Shown here piece after piece: positions 1 to 10,800 of a stretch of 64,000 bases of DNA; within the stretch, counting starts at the first letter, position 1; every line of letters starts with the position of its first letter. Location: assembly GCA_030867685.1 (NCBI GenBank), contig JAQOWU010000008.1:2046001-2110000 (forward strand), written 5' to 3'. This DNA is from Wickerhamiella versatilis. Its lineage: Eukaryota. A program made the translations under genes and the position numbers. The notes beneath the pieces are model-generated. The model was not told where the DNA came from. It did not search any database and saw nothing but the letters and a program-made list of their open reading frames with translations.

Positions 1-2
1 CA

Positions 3-920
3 CCGTTGCAACTAATTCGTGGAATGAGAGGTGTAAAGAGAAAATTGAAGCTGCTGGTACGTATTGTGGGCTGCGATGATCTCTCAAAGCCTGCAATTCT
101 TTCTAAACTTCCTTCAAGTGCTAGTTTAGTCAATCGTGCCTATTCCTTGATTATTTTCAGAGATCGAATACTCATTAATGAGTTAGTTCAATCCTGGATG
201 GTTGATCTAGATAGATGCCTTCGTGGTTTACCAATCTCTTCCGAATTTATGATTATTTCTGGGAAATTAGTTGAAAAAAATATTCCCCACTTTTTACCTA
301 GAGCAGTTGCAGAAGCGTTTGCAGAAGCTTCGCAATGTCTTCCTTATTTGAATAATGTTCAGGGAAGAGAGGTGCCCAAGAAAGATTTGCTCGTGGTTCC
401 GGCAAAGCCATTTACAATTTATATGCCTGGTAAACTTTTGTCAGATGCATTTGAAGTGAATCATAATAGTTACCCCCCTGTCATAAAACTACTTTTCCCT
501 TTAATCAGGAGGTGCAGGTCGATTAGAACTGAATTCTGGCAGAAGATGGGTCCACAAATGCGTGCCATGGCCGCAAAGATTTGCTCAGAGGGACTGCTAC
601 AAAATGGCCGATGGCTTACGGCTCTACAAGATGGAATTGTTCCGATTCCCATTATAGAAAGTGCACCATTGGTGGATGGGGATGTAATTAAAGTGTGTGA
701 ATTTGTACGCTCGTGGTGGTTGTCCCAATCCCCTCCTCCCCACTTCCTCGACAGACTCAGCTTCAATGACCGAGTGCAACGAGCCGCTAATATACTAGAC
801 TACCACTGCAGCCAATTGCGAGATGCAATATCGCAAAATGAGCTATCCCCCGCTCAGTGTACGGAGGCATTTGCTCGTCTCCTCTCAATCCCATGGGAGC
901 TGGAGGCTTTAGATGAGTGA
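3..920 (+). CDS. Hypothetical protein, probably 5'-truncated by the window edge
   Basis: Frame is open from the window edge to TGA at 920 (>300 codons); no family motif recognised. Confidence 0.6.
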   Translation, partial: PLQLIRGMRGVKRKLKLLVRIVGCDDLSKPAILSKLPSSASLVNRAYSLIIFRDRILINELVQSWMVDLDRCLRGLPISSEFMIISGKLVEKNIPHFLPRAVAEAFAEASQCLPYLNNVQGREVPKKDLLVVPAKPFTIYMPGKLLSDAFEVNHNSYPPVIKLLFPLIRRCRSIRTEFWQKMGPQMRAMAAKICSEGLLQNGRWLTALQDGIVPIPIIESAPLVDGDVIKVCEFVRSWWLSQSPPPHFLDRLSFNDRVQRAANILDYHCSQLRDAISQNELSPAQCTEAFARLLSIPWELEALDE

Positions 921-1237
921 CACACACCTACCATAGATCTGATTTCAAAAAATCGAATTTGCATTTACGTCAATCTTAAGGTTAGACTTCTACAGCATTC
1001 AGTTAAGTTTTTTCAAATTGCGTTGACCCGATTTACGTTAGCCTGGCGCATTCAATACAACCAGGAATTCAATGACTACTAACTATTGCCCGTTCAACAA
1101 GGATCATCCTATTGGCATACAAAGTGCCTCCACAATCTAACTTTGCAAGTACAAATTATTGCCGCTTTTTGCTGGGCACTTGTCGCATGCACTGTCTACC
1201 AATCAGGAATAAATTAGTGCTGCGGTCATAGCACGAT

Positions 1238-1501
1238 TTAGCGCTGATAAGACCAGACATTCTCGAGAAGTCCGTCCTGCTGTGCCAGTCGGTTGATACT
1301 GTCGTCACCCTCTCCCTTTTCACGGACGAATCCGGACAGAGAGTAGCTGAAATGCTCGCCAGGGATAGCACGTCCCTCCTCGTCAATCTTAGCTACATTA
1401 ATCTGGACAGACGAGTGGTCGCTAGGCCTGATAAGGCGGTTGGTGGCAGAGCACTTGCGTGGTGTGAACAGCTCTACGTTGACTCCTCGGTCGTTCTGCA
1501 T
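1238..1501 (-). CDS. RPS21: 40S ribosomal protein S21 (eS21)
   Basis: 87 aa; [21 protein letters not shown]...DHSSVQIN and [14 protein letters not shown] match eS21. Confidence 0.97.
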   Translation of the reverse strand: MQNDRGVNVELFTPRKCSATNRLIRPSDHSSVQINVAKIDEEGRAIPGEHFSYSLSGFVREKGEGDDSINRLAQQDGLLENVWSYQR

Positions 1502-1566
1502 GACGGTAGTTACAACAACTGTGCACGCGCCCCGCGAGGACAGCGTCGGGTCTGAAAGGGGTTTGA

Positions 1567-1573
1567 GCCCTAA
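1567..1573 (-). promoter_or_regulatory. TTAGGGC (Tbf1-like) motif upstream of RPS21
   Basis: GCCCTAA on +, 66 bp upstream of the ATG; the same motif in the same orientation precedes RPS13 and RPL12. Confidence 0.55.
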
Positions 1574-2013
1574 AATTACATAACCAATGATTACTCTACC
1601 TTTCTAAACTAAGCAATCCATGTCGTTATCAAATACGAATTTTGTAACACAGAAGAAGCAGGAAGAACCACCCTATATTGTTAGTCTGGGCTGAGCGACG
1701 CAATTTCTGAAAATGATTCGACAAATTGAGGCTTTTTGGAAAATGACTGTTTTGGTCAGTTATGTAATAAATGACAACGGCTTCACGTGGTCGCCAATGT
1801 CCAAGTGTCAGATTATTTTACGAATTGATTACAGCCCGATGTATAGAAGCCGTGCTTGGGTAATATATCCGATGAGAAAGAAACTTATATATATTCATAT
1901 ATGTCAATGTATACAATTAGACTGTAAGTTCATAAGAGTACACCGGAAACGGAACATCGTGGGATTAGTAAAAAGATCTTTCCCAAGTTCTCTCTCTGTG
2001 TGATGAACGAAGT

Positions 2014-3606
2014 ATGAGCGAACATAATGTGAGCGTAGGATCCAGCAGTTCTCGAGCTCGTAAAGCTAGTCAGTCTCTACGACTCTTCCAGGAAAATACG
2101 AATGGCACCATTCGTAGACCGCAAGGCTCACCGACTATAGTTGAAGAACCTACCACACCTTCCACGCTTGCAGCTCCAGTATCGGAGGCTACTTATGTTC
2201 CACGTCGTCATTCAGCAAATGAAGAAGCTGTGGAGAGTTCTTCGAGCGAATCGGATGGAGATTCGGTTGTTTCTGAGGAAGGTGAGTATCCCTTAAGTGT
2301 CGAACTGAAGCCATTTAAACATAAAGTGGGTGGACACACCGCAATTTTTCGGTTCAGCCATCGTGCTGTATGCAAGACACTAGTGAATGGGGAGGATACA
2401 TTCTACGAGACAATTGAGCAAAATCACAAAGAGTTATTGGCATTTATGCCTCAATATATTGGCGTCTTGAATGTAAGACACACTGTCCCTGTGGCTGTGG
2501 AAGACTCGGTGAATCAACATAGTCAAGTTCTCCTGGATGATAACATACATATTATGCCCCGTTCTATCCGGAGATCTCGATATGCACCAAGAGGGTCTTT
2601 CAATTTGCAGGGCGACCGCCCATCTCGAATGACCTGGGCATCAGAAGAGACCCAGACACCCAACCCAGGTACTACGATGGTCAATAAACATCTTCGTGAT
2701 TTAGTACTGAAAGAAGTATTCGCACCTCGCCTTGTCCGAGCTCAGTCATCCGTTTCTTTACAGGAAACTGCGGGTGCTAAGACCATGAAGCCCTCGGCCT
2801 CTGCTCCTTCTTCACCAGATCTAAGGCCATCCGATGTGGCATATAGAAAAACAGAGCGGTTCATCCTCCTTGAAGATTTGACGCATTCTCGGAAAAAACC
2901 TTGTGTACTAGACCTTAAGATGGGTACTCGTCAATTCGGTGTGTATGCCCCAGTGAATAAACAGCAAAGTCAGCGTCGGAAATGCAAAATTACTACGAGC
3001 CGGCGCCTTGGTGTACGAATCTGCGGAATGAAGGTTTGGGACCATAGCGGAGAGAGTGTCTTTCTTCGTGATAAGTATTTCGGAAGGCGAATAAAAGCTG
3101 GAGATCAATTTAAATCGTGCATTACCAGGTACCTCTATGATGGGAGTTCAAGTTGGAGCATTCTCAGACACATCCCTAAGCTCGTAAAGCGCATCGATCA
3201 ATTATACGCAATTGTTGCAGATCTTATGGATTATCGACTCTATGGAGCAAGCGTGTTAATAGTGTATGACCAGAGTCAGCATGACAAGACTGATGTAAGT
3301 GTTCGTCTTATTGATTTTGCTCAATGTGTCAGTGCAGAGAGATATCCAGAAGATGCTGATGCCCCGCCCGGTCATCGAGGCACACCTGATCGAGGTTTCT
3401 TACTTGGTCTAGAGACTCTATCTAAAACTTTTCGCACAATTTGGAAGGATTTTACAAGTGAAGAGTACAGTCAGTCATCTCAAGCTAATTTAGATGCCTC
3501 AAAATTCATGAAACCCATCGATAATGAAATTCTTTGGAACTTGGATCTTGATCGTATATCGGGTACCGAGGATGATGGAAGTGCTTTGACAGATATGTCG
3601 TATTAA
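2014..3606 (+). CDS. KCS1: Inositol hexakisphosphate kinase (IPK family)
   Basis: [27 protein letters not shown] (PxxxDxKxG) and RLIDFA motifs. Confidence 0.92.
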   Translation: MSEHNVSVGSSSSRARKASQSLRLFQENTNGTIRRPQGSPTIVEEPTTPSTLAAPVSEATYVPRRHSANEEAVESSSSESDGDSVVSEEGEYPLSVELKPFKHKVGGHTAIFRFSHRAVCKTLVNGEDTFYETIEQNHKELLAFMPQYIGVLNVRHTVPVAVEDSVNQHSQVLLDDNIHIMPRSIRRSRYAPRGSFNLQGDRPSRMTWASEETQTPNPGTTMVNKHLRDLVLKEVFAPRLVRAQSSVSLQETAGAKTMKPSASAPSSPDLRPSDVAYRKTERFILLEDLTHSRKKPCVLDLKMGTRQFGVYAPVNKQQSQRRKCKITTSRRLGVRICGMKVWDHSGESVFLRDKYFGRRIKAGDQFKSCITRYLYDGSSSWSILRHIPKLVKRIDQLYAIVADLMDYRLYGASVLIVYDQSQHDKTDVSVRLIDFAQCVSAERYPEDADAPPGHRGTPDRGFLLGLETLSKTFRTIWKDFTSEEYSQSSQANLDASKFMKPIDNEILWNLDLDRISGTEDDGSALTDMSY

Positions 3607-3697
3607 CTTATTTCTAATGTAATTTGTTATAAAAAATCCACAGTTACGCTAAGTAAATATTAAACAATCTACTGTGTCCAGCAGTTAGTCAGCGGAT

Positions 3698-4666
3698 ATG
3701 CCTCTAGTTCCTTTCAACTTAGACGTTTTGCAAAGTTTTAGAACAGCGAAAACTCTAAGAAACCATGAGCCTGGTTCAGTAATTACGAGCTTAGACTTCG
3801 ATGATAGCGGCCGCTTTTGTCTGAGTGCTGGAACCGATGAGAGCATCCAACTCTATGATTGCAAAACTGGAACGCATTCCAAGTCAGTCCTTTCTAAGAA
3901 GTATGGTGCTCACTTAGCGCATTTCACTCATCGTGCGAGTAATTGTGTTTATGCCTCAACAAAAGAGCAAGACACGATTCGGTATCTTTCACTTTATGAT
4001 AATAGTTACATCCGTTACTTTAAAGGACATAAAAACAAGGTGACGGGTCTTGAGGTATCACCCATCGACGATACAATTATATCTGCGGGACTTGATCGTT
4101 CCGTACGTATCTGGGATCTGAGAAGCCCTAACTGTCAAGGACTATTGAGTGTACCCACGCCTGCCCATGTCGCCTTTGATTCCACTGGGAAAGTTTTTGC
4201 TATAGCCTCCCAAGATTCGCACACAGTTGCACTATACGATGTACGGAACTTTCACAAGGAGCCATTTTTGTCATTTTCGGGGGGCGTCGATGGCTCATGG
4301 CGGAAGGTCGAATTTGGAAATGACGGCAAGTATCTCGTGATTGCTAGTGACACCGCTCCACATGGAGTGTTTGATAGCTTTACTGGTGATAAAGCTTGTG
4401 ACTTGATTGGACATGAGTCGCCTTCAAGATCTCTTCCCTCAGTGTCTCCTATATGTTTTTCACCTGATGGAAGATTTATTTTTGGCTGCGCAGGAGAGAA
4501 TAGACTTGCTATTTGGGATTTGAAGAACCCTGGCAGTAAGCTTACGCCTTCGGTACTTAAGGAATGTAGTAGCACGCCAGCACTAGTAGCTTTCGATCCT
4601 AAGGCTATGCTGCTAGCGACAGCGGACGCAGCTCTTAATTTCTGGCTGCCGGAGCAGGACTCCTAG
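3698..4666 (+). CDS. SWD2: WD40 protein, COMPASS/CPF subunit (WDR82)
   Basis: SKKYGAHL..FTH and YASTKEQDTIRYLSLYDNSYIRYFKGH signature. Confidence 0.93.
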   Translation: MPLVPFNLDVLQSFRTAKTLRNHEPGSVITSLDFDDSGRFCLSAGTDESIQLYDCKTGTHSKSVLSKKYGAHLAHFTHRASNCVYASTKEQDTIRYLSLYDNSYIRYFKGHKNKVTGLEVSPIDDTIISAGLDRSVRIWDLRSPNCQGLLSVPTPAHVAFDSTGKVFAIASQDSHTVALYDVRNFHKEPFLSFSGGVDGSWRKVEFGNDGKYLVIASDTAPHGVFDSFTGDKACDLIGHESPSRSLPSVSPICFSPDGRFIFGCAGENRLAIWDLKNPGSKLTPSVLKECSSTPALVAFDPKAMLLATADAALNFWLPEQDS

Positions 4667-4796
4667 AGCCACTATATATTGATGGATGATAAATTAATTT
4701 ACTGCAGGCATAGTGAAGCTAAGATATTATGGGTTCACGCAATACCTACTTGATCGACTAGTGTACGATGATTTCCCCAAAATTTCTCACGTGACC

Positions 4797-6128
4797 ATGA
4801 CGGTTCTAACATGGATAGGCGCGGGTTTATTCGCCTTATATGTCACCATTTCTGTACTTCTATGGCTTGTTCAGCCAATAGAACGTCCTATTAACAGACA
4901 GAAACACGCAGCAGTGGTGGTGGTTGGTGATGTAGGGCACTCACCGCGAATGGCATTTCACGCCTTGAGCATCGCAGAGTGTGGATGGAGAGTGTCATTC
5001 ATTGGCTATACGGAGTCTGAAGTAATGGATGAGGTCCGCAATAATCCTCTGATTGATGTAGTACCCCTGAAAAAGGTGACAAGGAAAGATGGTGAGTCTT
5101 TTCTACTGTACGCCATACGGCGTGTTTGGACACAGCACCTGAGCCTTTATTGCCTGCTAAAAGACCTTGGACTTGTGGATGTAGTTCTTTGTCAAGTTCC
5201 ACCAGCTATTCCTACTCTTGCAGCTGTACGTCTATTCACACTTTGGGCTCAACCTGGTACAAAACTGTTGATTGACTGGCATAATTTGGGTTACAGTATA
5301 CTTGCTATGTCTCATGGTAAATTATCTGTAACCCTTTATCGTATCTATGAGATGCTGTTTGGTCGCATAGCTTATTTACATCTCTGCGTGTCGGTGAGGC
5401 TTGGAATGGCGCTACGGGCGGATTTCGGCATAAATCATAAGCGTATTATTCCGCTTTTCGATCGGCCATGGAAGTCTCATGTTATTCTTTCTGCTGCTGA
5501 AAGAACCAAGGTTAGAGCAAGTCTTGGAGAAATTACGCCAAATATTAATGCTACGTGGATTGTGACTTCTACATCGTACACACCAGATGAGGACTTTGAA
5601 ATGCTCATACAAGGCCTAGCAGATTTCGATAAAATTACGAAAAAAGATGTAGAAGTTATTGTTACAGGCAAAGGACCTCTCAAAGATGCCTTCAATCAAA
5701 GTGTATTATCGCGGCGTTGGAATAAAGTCCATATTCATACCGCGTGGCTCAGTTATGAACAATATAACAGCTTACTTGCAGTTGCAGATCTAGGAATCTC
5801 CCTTCATTCTTCTAGTAGCGGATGGGATCTTCCCATGAAGGTTGTTGATATGTTCAGTGCTGGTCTTCCTGTGGTTGCCTTAGAATTTCCGGCTCTAAAA
5901 GAATTGGTCAACGAGAAAAACGGTACCACATTCAAGCATGCTCGTGGGTTAGCAGATCAACTGGACTCGGTACTTAATAGTCCCCAGAAGCTAGCAAAAC
6001 TGAGAGCTGGTGCCATAGCGGAATCGAAAAATACGTGGTCCGATTCATGGCGTCCAAAGTTAGGGCCAGTATTTGGAGAAGGCCAGTATACTGGAGTTGA
6101 AGAGTCTTCAAGTAGCGATAGCGATTAA
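4797..6128 (+). CDS. ALG1: Chitobiosyldiphosphodolichol beta-1,4-mannosyltransferase
   Basis: VVGDVGHSPRM, IDWHN, TSTSYTPDEDF, LHSSSSGWDLPMKVVDMF; N-terminal TM; start moved to the first ATG (4797). Confidence 0.95.
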   Translation: MTVLTWIGAGLFALYVTISVLLWLVQPIERPINRQKHAAVVVVGDVGHSPRMAFHALSIAECGWRVSFIGYTESEVMDEVRNNPLIDVVPLKKVTRKDGESFLLYAIRRVWTQHLSLYCLLKDLGLVDVVLCQVPPAIPTLAAVRLFTLWAQPGTKLLIDWHNLGYSILAMSHGKLSVTLYRIYEMLFGRIAYLHLCVSVRLGMALRADFGINHKRIIPLFDRPWKSHVILSAAERTKVRASLGEITPNINATWIVTSTSYTPDEDFEMLIQGLADFDKITKKDVEVIVTGKGPLKDAFNQSVLSRRWNKVHIHTAWLSYEQYNSLLAVADLGISLHSSSSGWDLPMKVVDMFSAGLPVVALEFPALKELVNEKNGTTFKHARGLADQLDSVLNSPQKLAKLRAGAIAESKNTWSDSWRPKLGPVFGEGQYTGVEESSSSDSD

Positions 6129-6176
6129 TAGCAGAAAAAAATATGCAAGATAGCCCACTGGATAGGTAAGTGATTC

Positions 6177-7097
6177 TCAGATCTCTTTCTCGCTCGAATC
6201 AGTATCTTCCAGCACTAATGATGGACAATAATCCTTCAATGGCATCTCTAATGGTTCCCTTTTGCCACGAATGAGCGCAAGTCTAAATTCTTCAATTTCG
6301 AGTCTGGTTTCTGGGTCGTAAGGAATTTCATAGAGACGCTGCTCAATTTCACCGTTAGAATTGGCTCGAGAGTTTATAAATTGTACTTGGACAAAGTTGG
6401 CAATATTCGACCATTTTCTTAAAATTTGTAGCTCGTTGCCTACAGCCAAAAAAATATCTGCAACTGTGGAATCTTTTGGGAATAACTCTGGATTTTCAGA
6501 AGTCAGATTTTCACTCACTTTCTCGTGCTCATCACCTTCACGCAGGCCCAACTCGCCAAGATCGTAGTCCGGTTTCAACATTTTTTCTAAAAGAAAATGA
6601 TAGAATAGAGCCTGGTGATAAGCTAAACGTAGGCGGCAGTCATCAATATCCAAATTACGTGTAGTTTTAATTTCAACAACTACCAGCTGATCAGCTGAAA
6701 TTTTCAGTTGATCTATCATCCCGTGGATATGGTATCCACCAATTGTTCCTCTTACCCGAAGTTCGCGGATCCCCCCAAGACGGGCGTTTAATACGCGAAG
6801 ACGGTCCAAAACGGTTCCCGCAACCTGTACACGTTCTTGGGGGTCTTCAGGATTTCCATGAACGAAAAAGTTGAAATGGTTTTGATGAGCAAGAAGCGAA
6901 TCATGGATTTCCCTTCCTCGCGCCATCGCTTTTGTTTCCTTTCTCTTACTTTCTAATTGTCTGACTTCGTCGTACTGTGTAATGAAATCTGTGACATTTA
7001 TGGGACTGGAAAATAATTTATCCCGCAGACTTCTTCCAGCATTCTCTCCAGCTTTAAGAAATAGTGTACGAGGCCCAAGAAACCTTGGGCCACGCAT
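6177..7097 (-). CDS. Exonuclease V (Exo5/Dem1)-like PD-(D/E)xK nuclease, probable mitochondrial presequence
   Basis: TKAMARGREIHDSL, RELRVRG, GMIDQL...VVEIKTT, AYHQALFY; basic N-terminus; start moved to ATG 7097. Confidence 0.7.
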   Translation of the reverse strand: MRGPRFLGPRTLFLKAGENAGRSLRDKLFSSPINVTDFITQYDEVRQLESKRKETKAMARGREIHDSLLAHQNHFNFFVHGNPEDPQERVQVAGTVLDRLRVLNARLGGIRELRVRGTIGGYHIHGMIDQLKISADQLVVVEIKTTRNLDIDDCRLRLAYHQALFYHFLLEKMLKPDYDLGELGLREGDEHEKVSENLTSENPELFPKDSTVADIFLAVGNELQILRKWSNIANFVQVQFINSRANSNGEIEQRLYEIPYDPETRLEIEEFRLALIRGKREPLEMPLKDYCPSLVLEDTDSSEKEI

Positions 7098-7131
7098 CTT
7101 ATCTAAGTGTCTCCTCAGTCCTCTCAGGGGG

Positions 7132-7683
7132 ATGGTCTCTACACTTTTGCATACTCCCACCACGATCACTGCTATTGCTGATGTTGAAGATGAGCTTTTA
7201 AACTCAATGGCTACTTCACTGGGCAGTTGGGATGCCGAGGTAAAGTTGTATCGGGCGAATTCAGCCTCGTTCGGACCATCTCCAGGAAAGGTACTTTATA
7301 CTGTTTATTTGTCACATTGTCCTGAGAAGCTCTTTGTTTTCGGGCCTTCAAGTAGTGCTGTTCTTGAAGGAGAGGCCGCTGCAATTTTAGAGTCGAGAAT
7401 GAAAAGCCTCTGGCTGCTTCGCCAAACTTTTAAGGGTGAGGGACGTGCTTTCCAATTAGTTGATGGGGGGGAGGTAAGAATTGCCAATATATTTGTGCAA
7501 GGTAATTACAAAGGCTTTATAGCCGACGTGAGTTATCCTAATTTACATGATATCTCCGTATTTAAAGAAAAAGTTCATTCATTAGTACAAAACTGGATTT
7601 TCCCCGAAGAAGCACTGAGAAACTTTGATGTTGTAACATCAGAGTGTGATGCTGCAAAACAATATGAAAAATTGAGCAGCTAG
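7132..7683 (+). CDS. SRB2: Mediator subunit Med20 (Srb2)-like
   Basis: GSWDAEVKLYR, SRMKSLWLLRQTFKGEG, VRIANIFVQGNYKGFI; ATG at 7132. Confidence 0.75.
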   Translation: MVSTLLHTPTTITAIADVEDELLNSMATSLGSWDAEVKLYRANSASFGPSPGKVLYTVYLSHCPEKLFVFGPSSSAVLEGEAAAILESRMKSLWLLRQTFKGEGRAFQLVDGGEVRIANIFVQGNYKGFIADVSYPNLHDISVFKEKVHSLVQNWIFPEEALRNFDVVTSECDAAKQYEKLSS

Positions 7684-7884
7684 GTGTTTCAACATATCTG
7701 AGAAGACTATTAAAAACTGATGAACGTCACCTGTCTTGGTCGATGGGACAATAATTACTCCATTTTTTTTGCCTGAGAAGTTTAGAATTGTATAGTATAT
7801 CATTAGCCGAGATACATTGTAAGATAATAGATTCACTTAGAAAATCAGATTGTATCCAGGGTTGGGGTACACCAGTATTCTACT

Positions 7885-10800
7885 ATGGATGGGCTAATTC
7901 CGCTATTGGCACAGCCTGATGATCCCAGGCTTGCTAGCTATGCGGAGAATATGCTTCAGAAAATTGTAGATGACTGGAGGGTTGCTGGAACTAAGGCAGA
8001 GCCTGTAAGGTTAGGCCAGTATCATCTGGCTATGGAAAGACTGTTAAATTTTTTATGCAAGCATGATCAGTCTAATGCAGGTAATCTAGTTGAACTGTTG
8101 TCGCAAGATTCACAGCCATTTCACCGTAGTCTTTATCTCATAAGACCAAATGTTACATCCCCAGCCTTGATATTGTTGAAAAGGCTATGCGATTTTGGAC
8201 AGGTTATCACCCTATTTAATACATTTGACCTTTCTGCCAATGCGATTCCAAAATTACTTAATGCAAAAGGAGAACTGCGTTCTAATTTTATAGAATTTTA
8301 CTGTGCTTTCATTCGTTCAGCTCCATCTGCTCTTCGAAGAGACCTATGGGGGAACCGTAAAGTAACGAATGGGTGGATAGGTAGGATTGCCTATGATAAC
8401 GAACATATTCAGTTATTGACGATCGAAATGCTGCGAGATTGTTATCTTCGCGACCCAAGCTTTTCAAAAACAATCAAGCTAAGCTTTTTTAATGACTGGA
8501 CGCTCCGCAATACTTGTCAGCTTCTCGCAATCCAATACTCTTCCGTGCGAGAGGGAGCTGCGTCGCTCTTATTTGAATTGTTTGCGGATAAGCAGTATGG
8601 AATCAGCTTTGCTGACGCTGGATGGTATTCTAGTGAAACTCGTAATAGACATGCTTTGAGCTTCTTAAAAATATTACGTCCGTGGGAAAGTGTGATTAAA
8701 ATGGACTTGGCTGTGAGGCTGCTACTAAACTTTCCTGATCTTGTGCAGCCATATTTCGAAAGCTTGAGCGCTGCGAATTTCTCACTAAGTCCCAAAAATT
8801 CTATGTTTTGGTTCGCTTATTCCATCTTTCACGTTCGAGTTATAGGTTTACCGGCTGTCAAGCTGACAGAAACACCGCCTCTAGCCTCAATTGTTGCAGA
8901 CGCGTGCTTGCCACCTACTGCGACAAAGCAAAATTTACTAGCAGCTCTCACATTCAGCGAGTCTCTCCTAGTAAATTATCAGACACTTGAGATCATTTCT
9001 ACGTCACTTAGGAAGCTTTTCTCTGTCAAATGTGAATATGAAAGCAGGGGTTGGGACTTTCATCCGGTAAAGAAAAAGGTTTTGGCCAGGCTTCCTGACA
9101 TCCACTATTTCATACAACCTAGAGAACCTTTTCTGTTGCAGATTTTATTACTTATCTGTGTCCGTGAGTTGGGAAAAGTAGATCCTGAGACAGTCTTGCA
9201 TCTAGCATTACCGCAATCGATCCTATCAGTTCTGGACACCCGCAAGATTTTTGGGCCCAGTTTGCTTCTTGCTAAAGAAGTCTTGGAAATCCAAGCCTTG
9301 GCCAGCCTTCAAAGCCGTTGGTGGAATAAAAAGCAGGATTCTGCTAGCTTTTTCACTAGACTTGTCAAATTTGCAACTTTTAACCCTACGCTAAGTGAAG
9401 AGACGGCAAGATTGATAGAGCTTCTTACCTCACATACGCTCATCTTTTGTGAAAGTGGTGTAGTTAGCCCAGTTGCCACAATGCTTTTCACGATCACAGC
9501 GTGCGTTCCATTGATGCCTGAATCAGAGCAAGAGAATCTTTGGTCATTGATTGATGAGGCTGTATCACGCTGTGCACGAATGCCATTCCCGTATATTGAC
9601 AAATTGAGAGCTAACGTTAGTCCAATTGTAGCTGCATTCTTGGAGCAGTGCACATATGCAGGTTGTACGGGCTGGCTCAAGGTGTTACTACGCAACTTGT
9701 CCGTGATAGGCGAGGATCATTCCACACTTCGTTCCATTGCAGAAGGTCTACCAGGTGACTTTCCTCAATTGTCTAAAGAGGATTATTTTGAGTTTGTTTT
9801 GAGTGCTCCAGCCCAGGAAATTCTTCAGAGAAATGACTTGGTATTCAAAATTGGTACATCTTTAGAGCTGGCAGCTACTCTCTATAGAGCCTCCTCAGAT
9901 CCGGACTTGACAAACTTCCTGTTAGCGTGTATCCCCGAGGACATGGTTTCTCTTTTGAATCGGCCGGCTCTTTATAGGCAGTTTTTGAAACCCTCATTGG
10001 ATTCACAATATTTTGGCCTGCTTTCTCTTCACAAAGTTCAAACGACAGACCAACTAAGTCATGATTTGTCCCTTTGTCCATCCTGGGAAGTTGCCATTGG
10101 CTTTCTCACTGACGCGGACTTGATCGAGAAGTATCGGCAGACGAAGAAGCCTTTCATTGTCACAGAACTCACACAAAGGAAAGTGGCGCTTCCTTTAGAC
10201 CTCATCAATTTGTCGCGACCTGACAATATCGTTTTGACTAGAATCGATGATAAGGCTCTCGCGCTGGATCTCATGCATCAAACAAACTCCATCGAGTCTA
10301 TTTGCGCCCTCATAAAGGTATCTAATATATGGTCGGAGGATTTGCCAAAAGACATTCGCATACAAGCTACGGCTTTGAAATATGCACAAAACTTTTCGCC
10401 GCCTAATGGGGTTCTGAATGAAGCCGTCAAATCACTCGATGGCGAATTTGGCTCTTATGCAGCAAAGATTATAGCTGAATACCCGCATGAGCTTCTGGAG
10501 CATGAGCTTCAGCACGTAGACAGCTACTTGGGGTCTACAGATAACGTGTTGCAACTTGAATCTGTGCAGCTTGCCTTAGCTGTTGATGGGGAGGGTCGCT
10601 CAAGGTGGATCAAGAAGGTAGTTTTGAAGCTCACAAAATTGGTAGCGGAAAATAAGATTCTACCAATCGATTTTATTACGGCGTTGAAGCCACTGTGTCC
10701 CATTATGTGGGGATGTGTTCACACAAGCTCCATTAATGCGTTGTTAGCCGGAAGCGTGATGAAAGATGTGCCAGAACTAATGGAATTGTCTGCAAGGATT

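Noticed and set aside
1713-2003. 96-aa ORF upstream of KCS1
   Set aside because: AT-rich with TA runs and no motifs; it lies in the RPS21/KCS1 divergent promoter
6982-7169. Apparent head-to-head overlap of the Exo5-like and SRB2 ORFs
   Set aside because: It disappears when starts are placed at ATG 7097 and ATG 7132, where recognisable sequence begins
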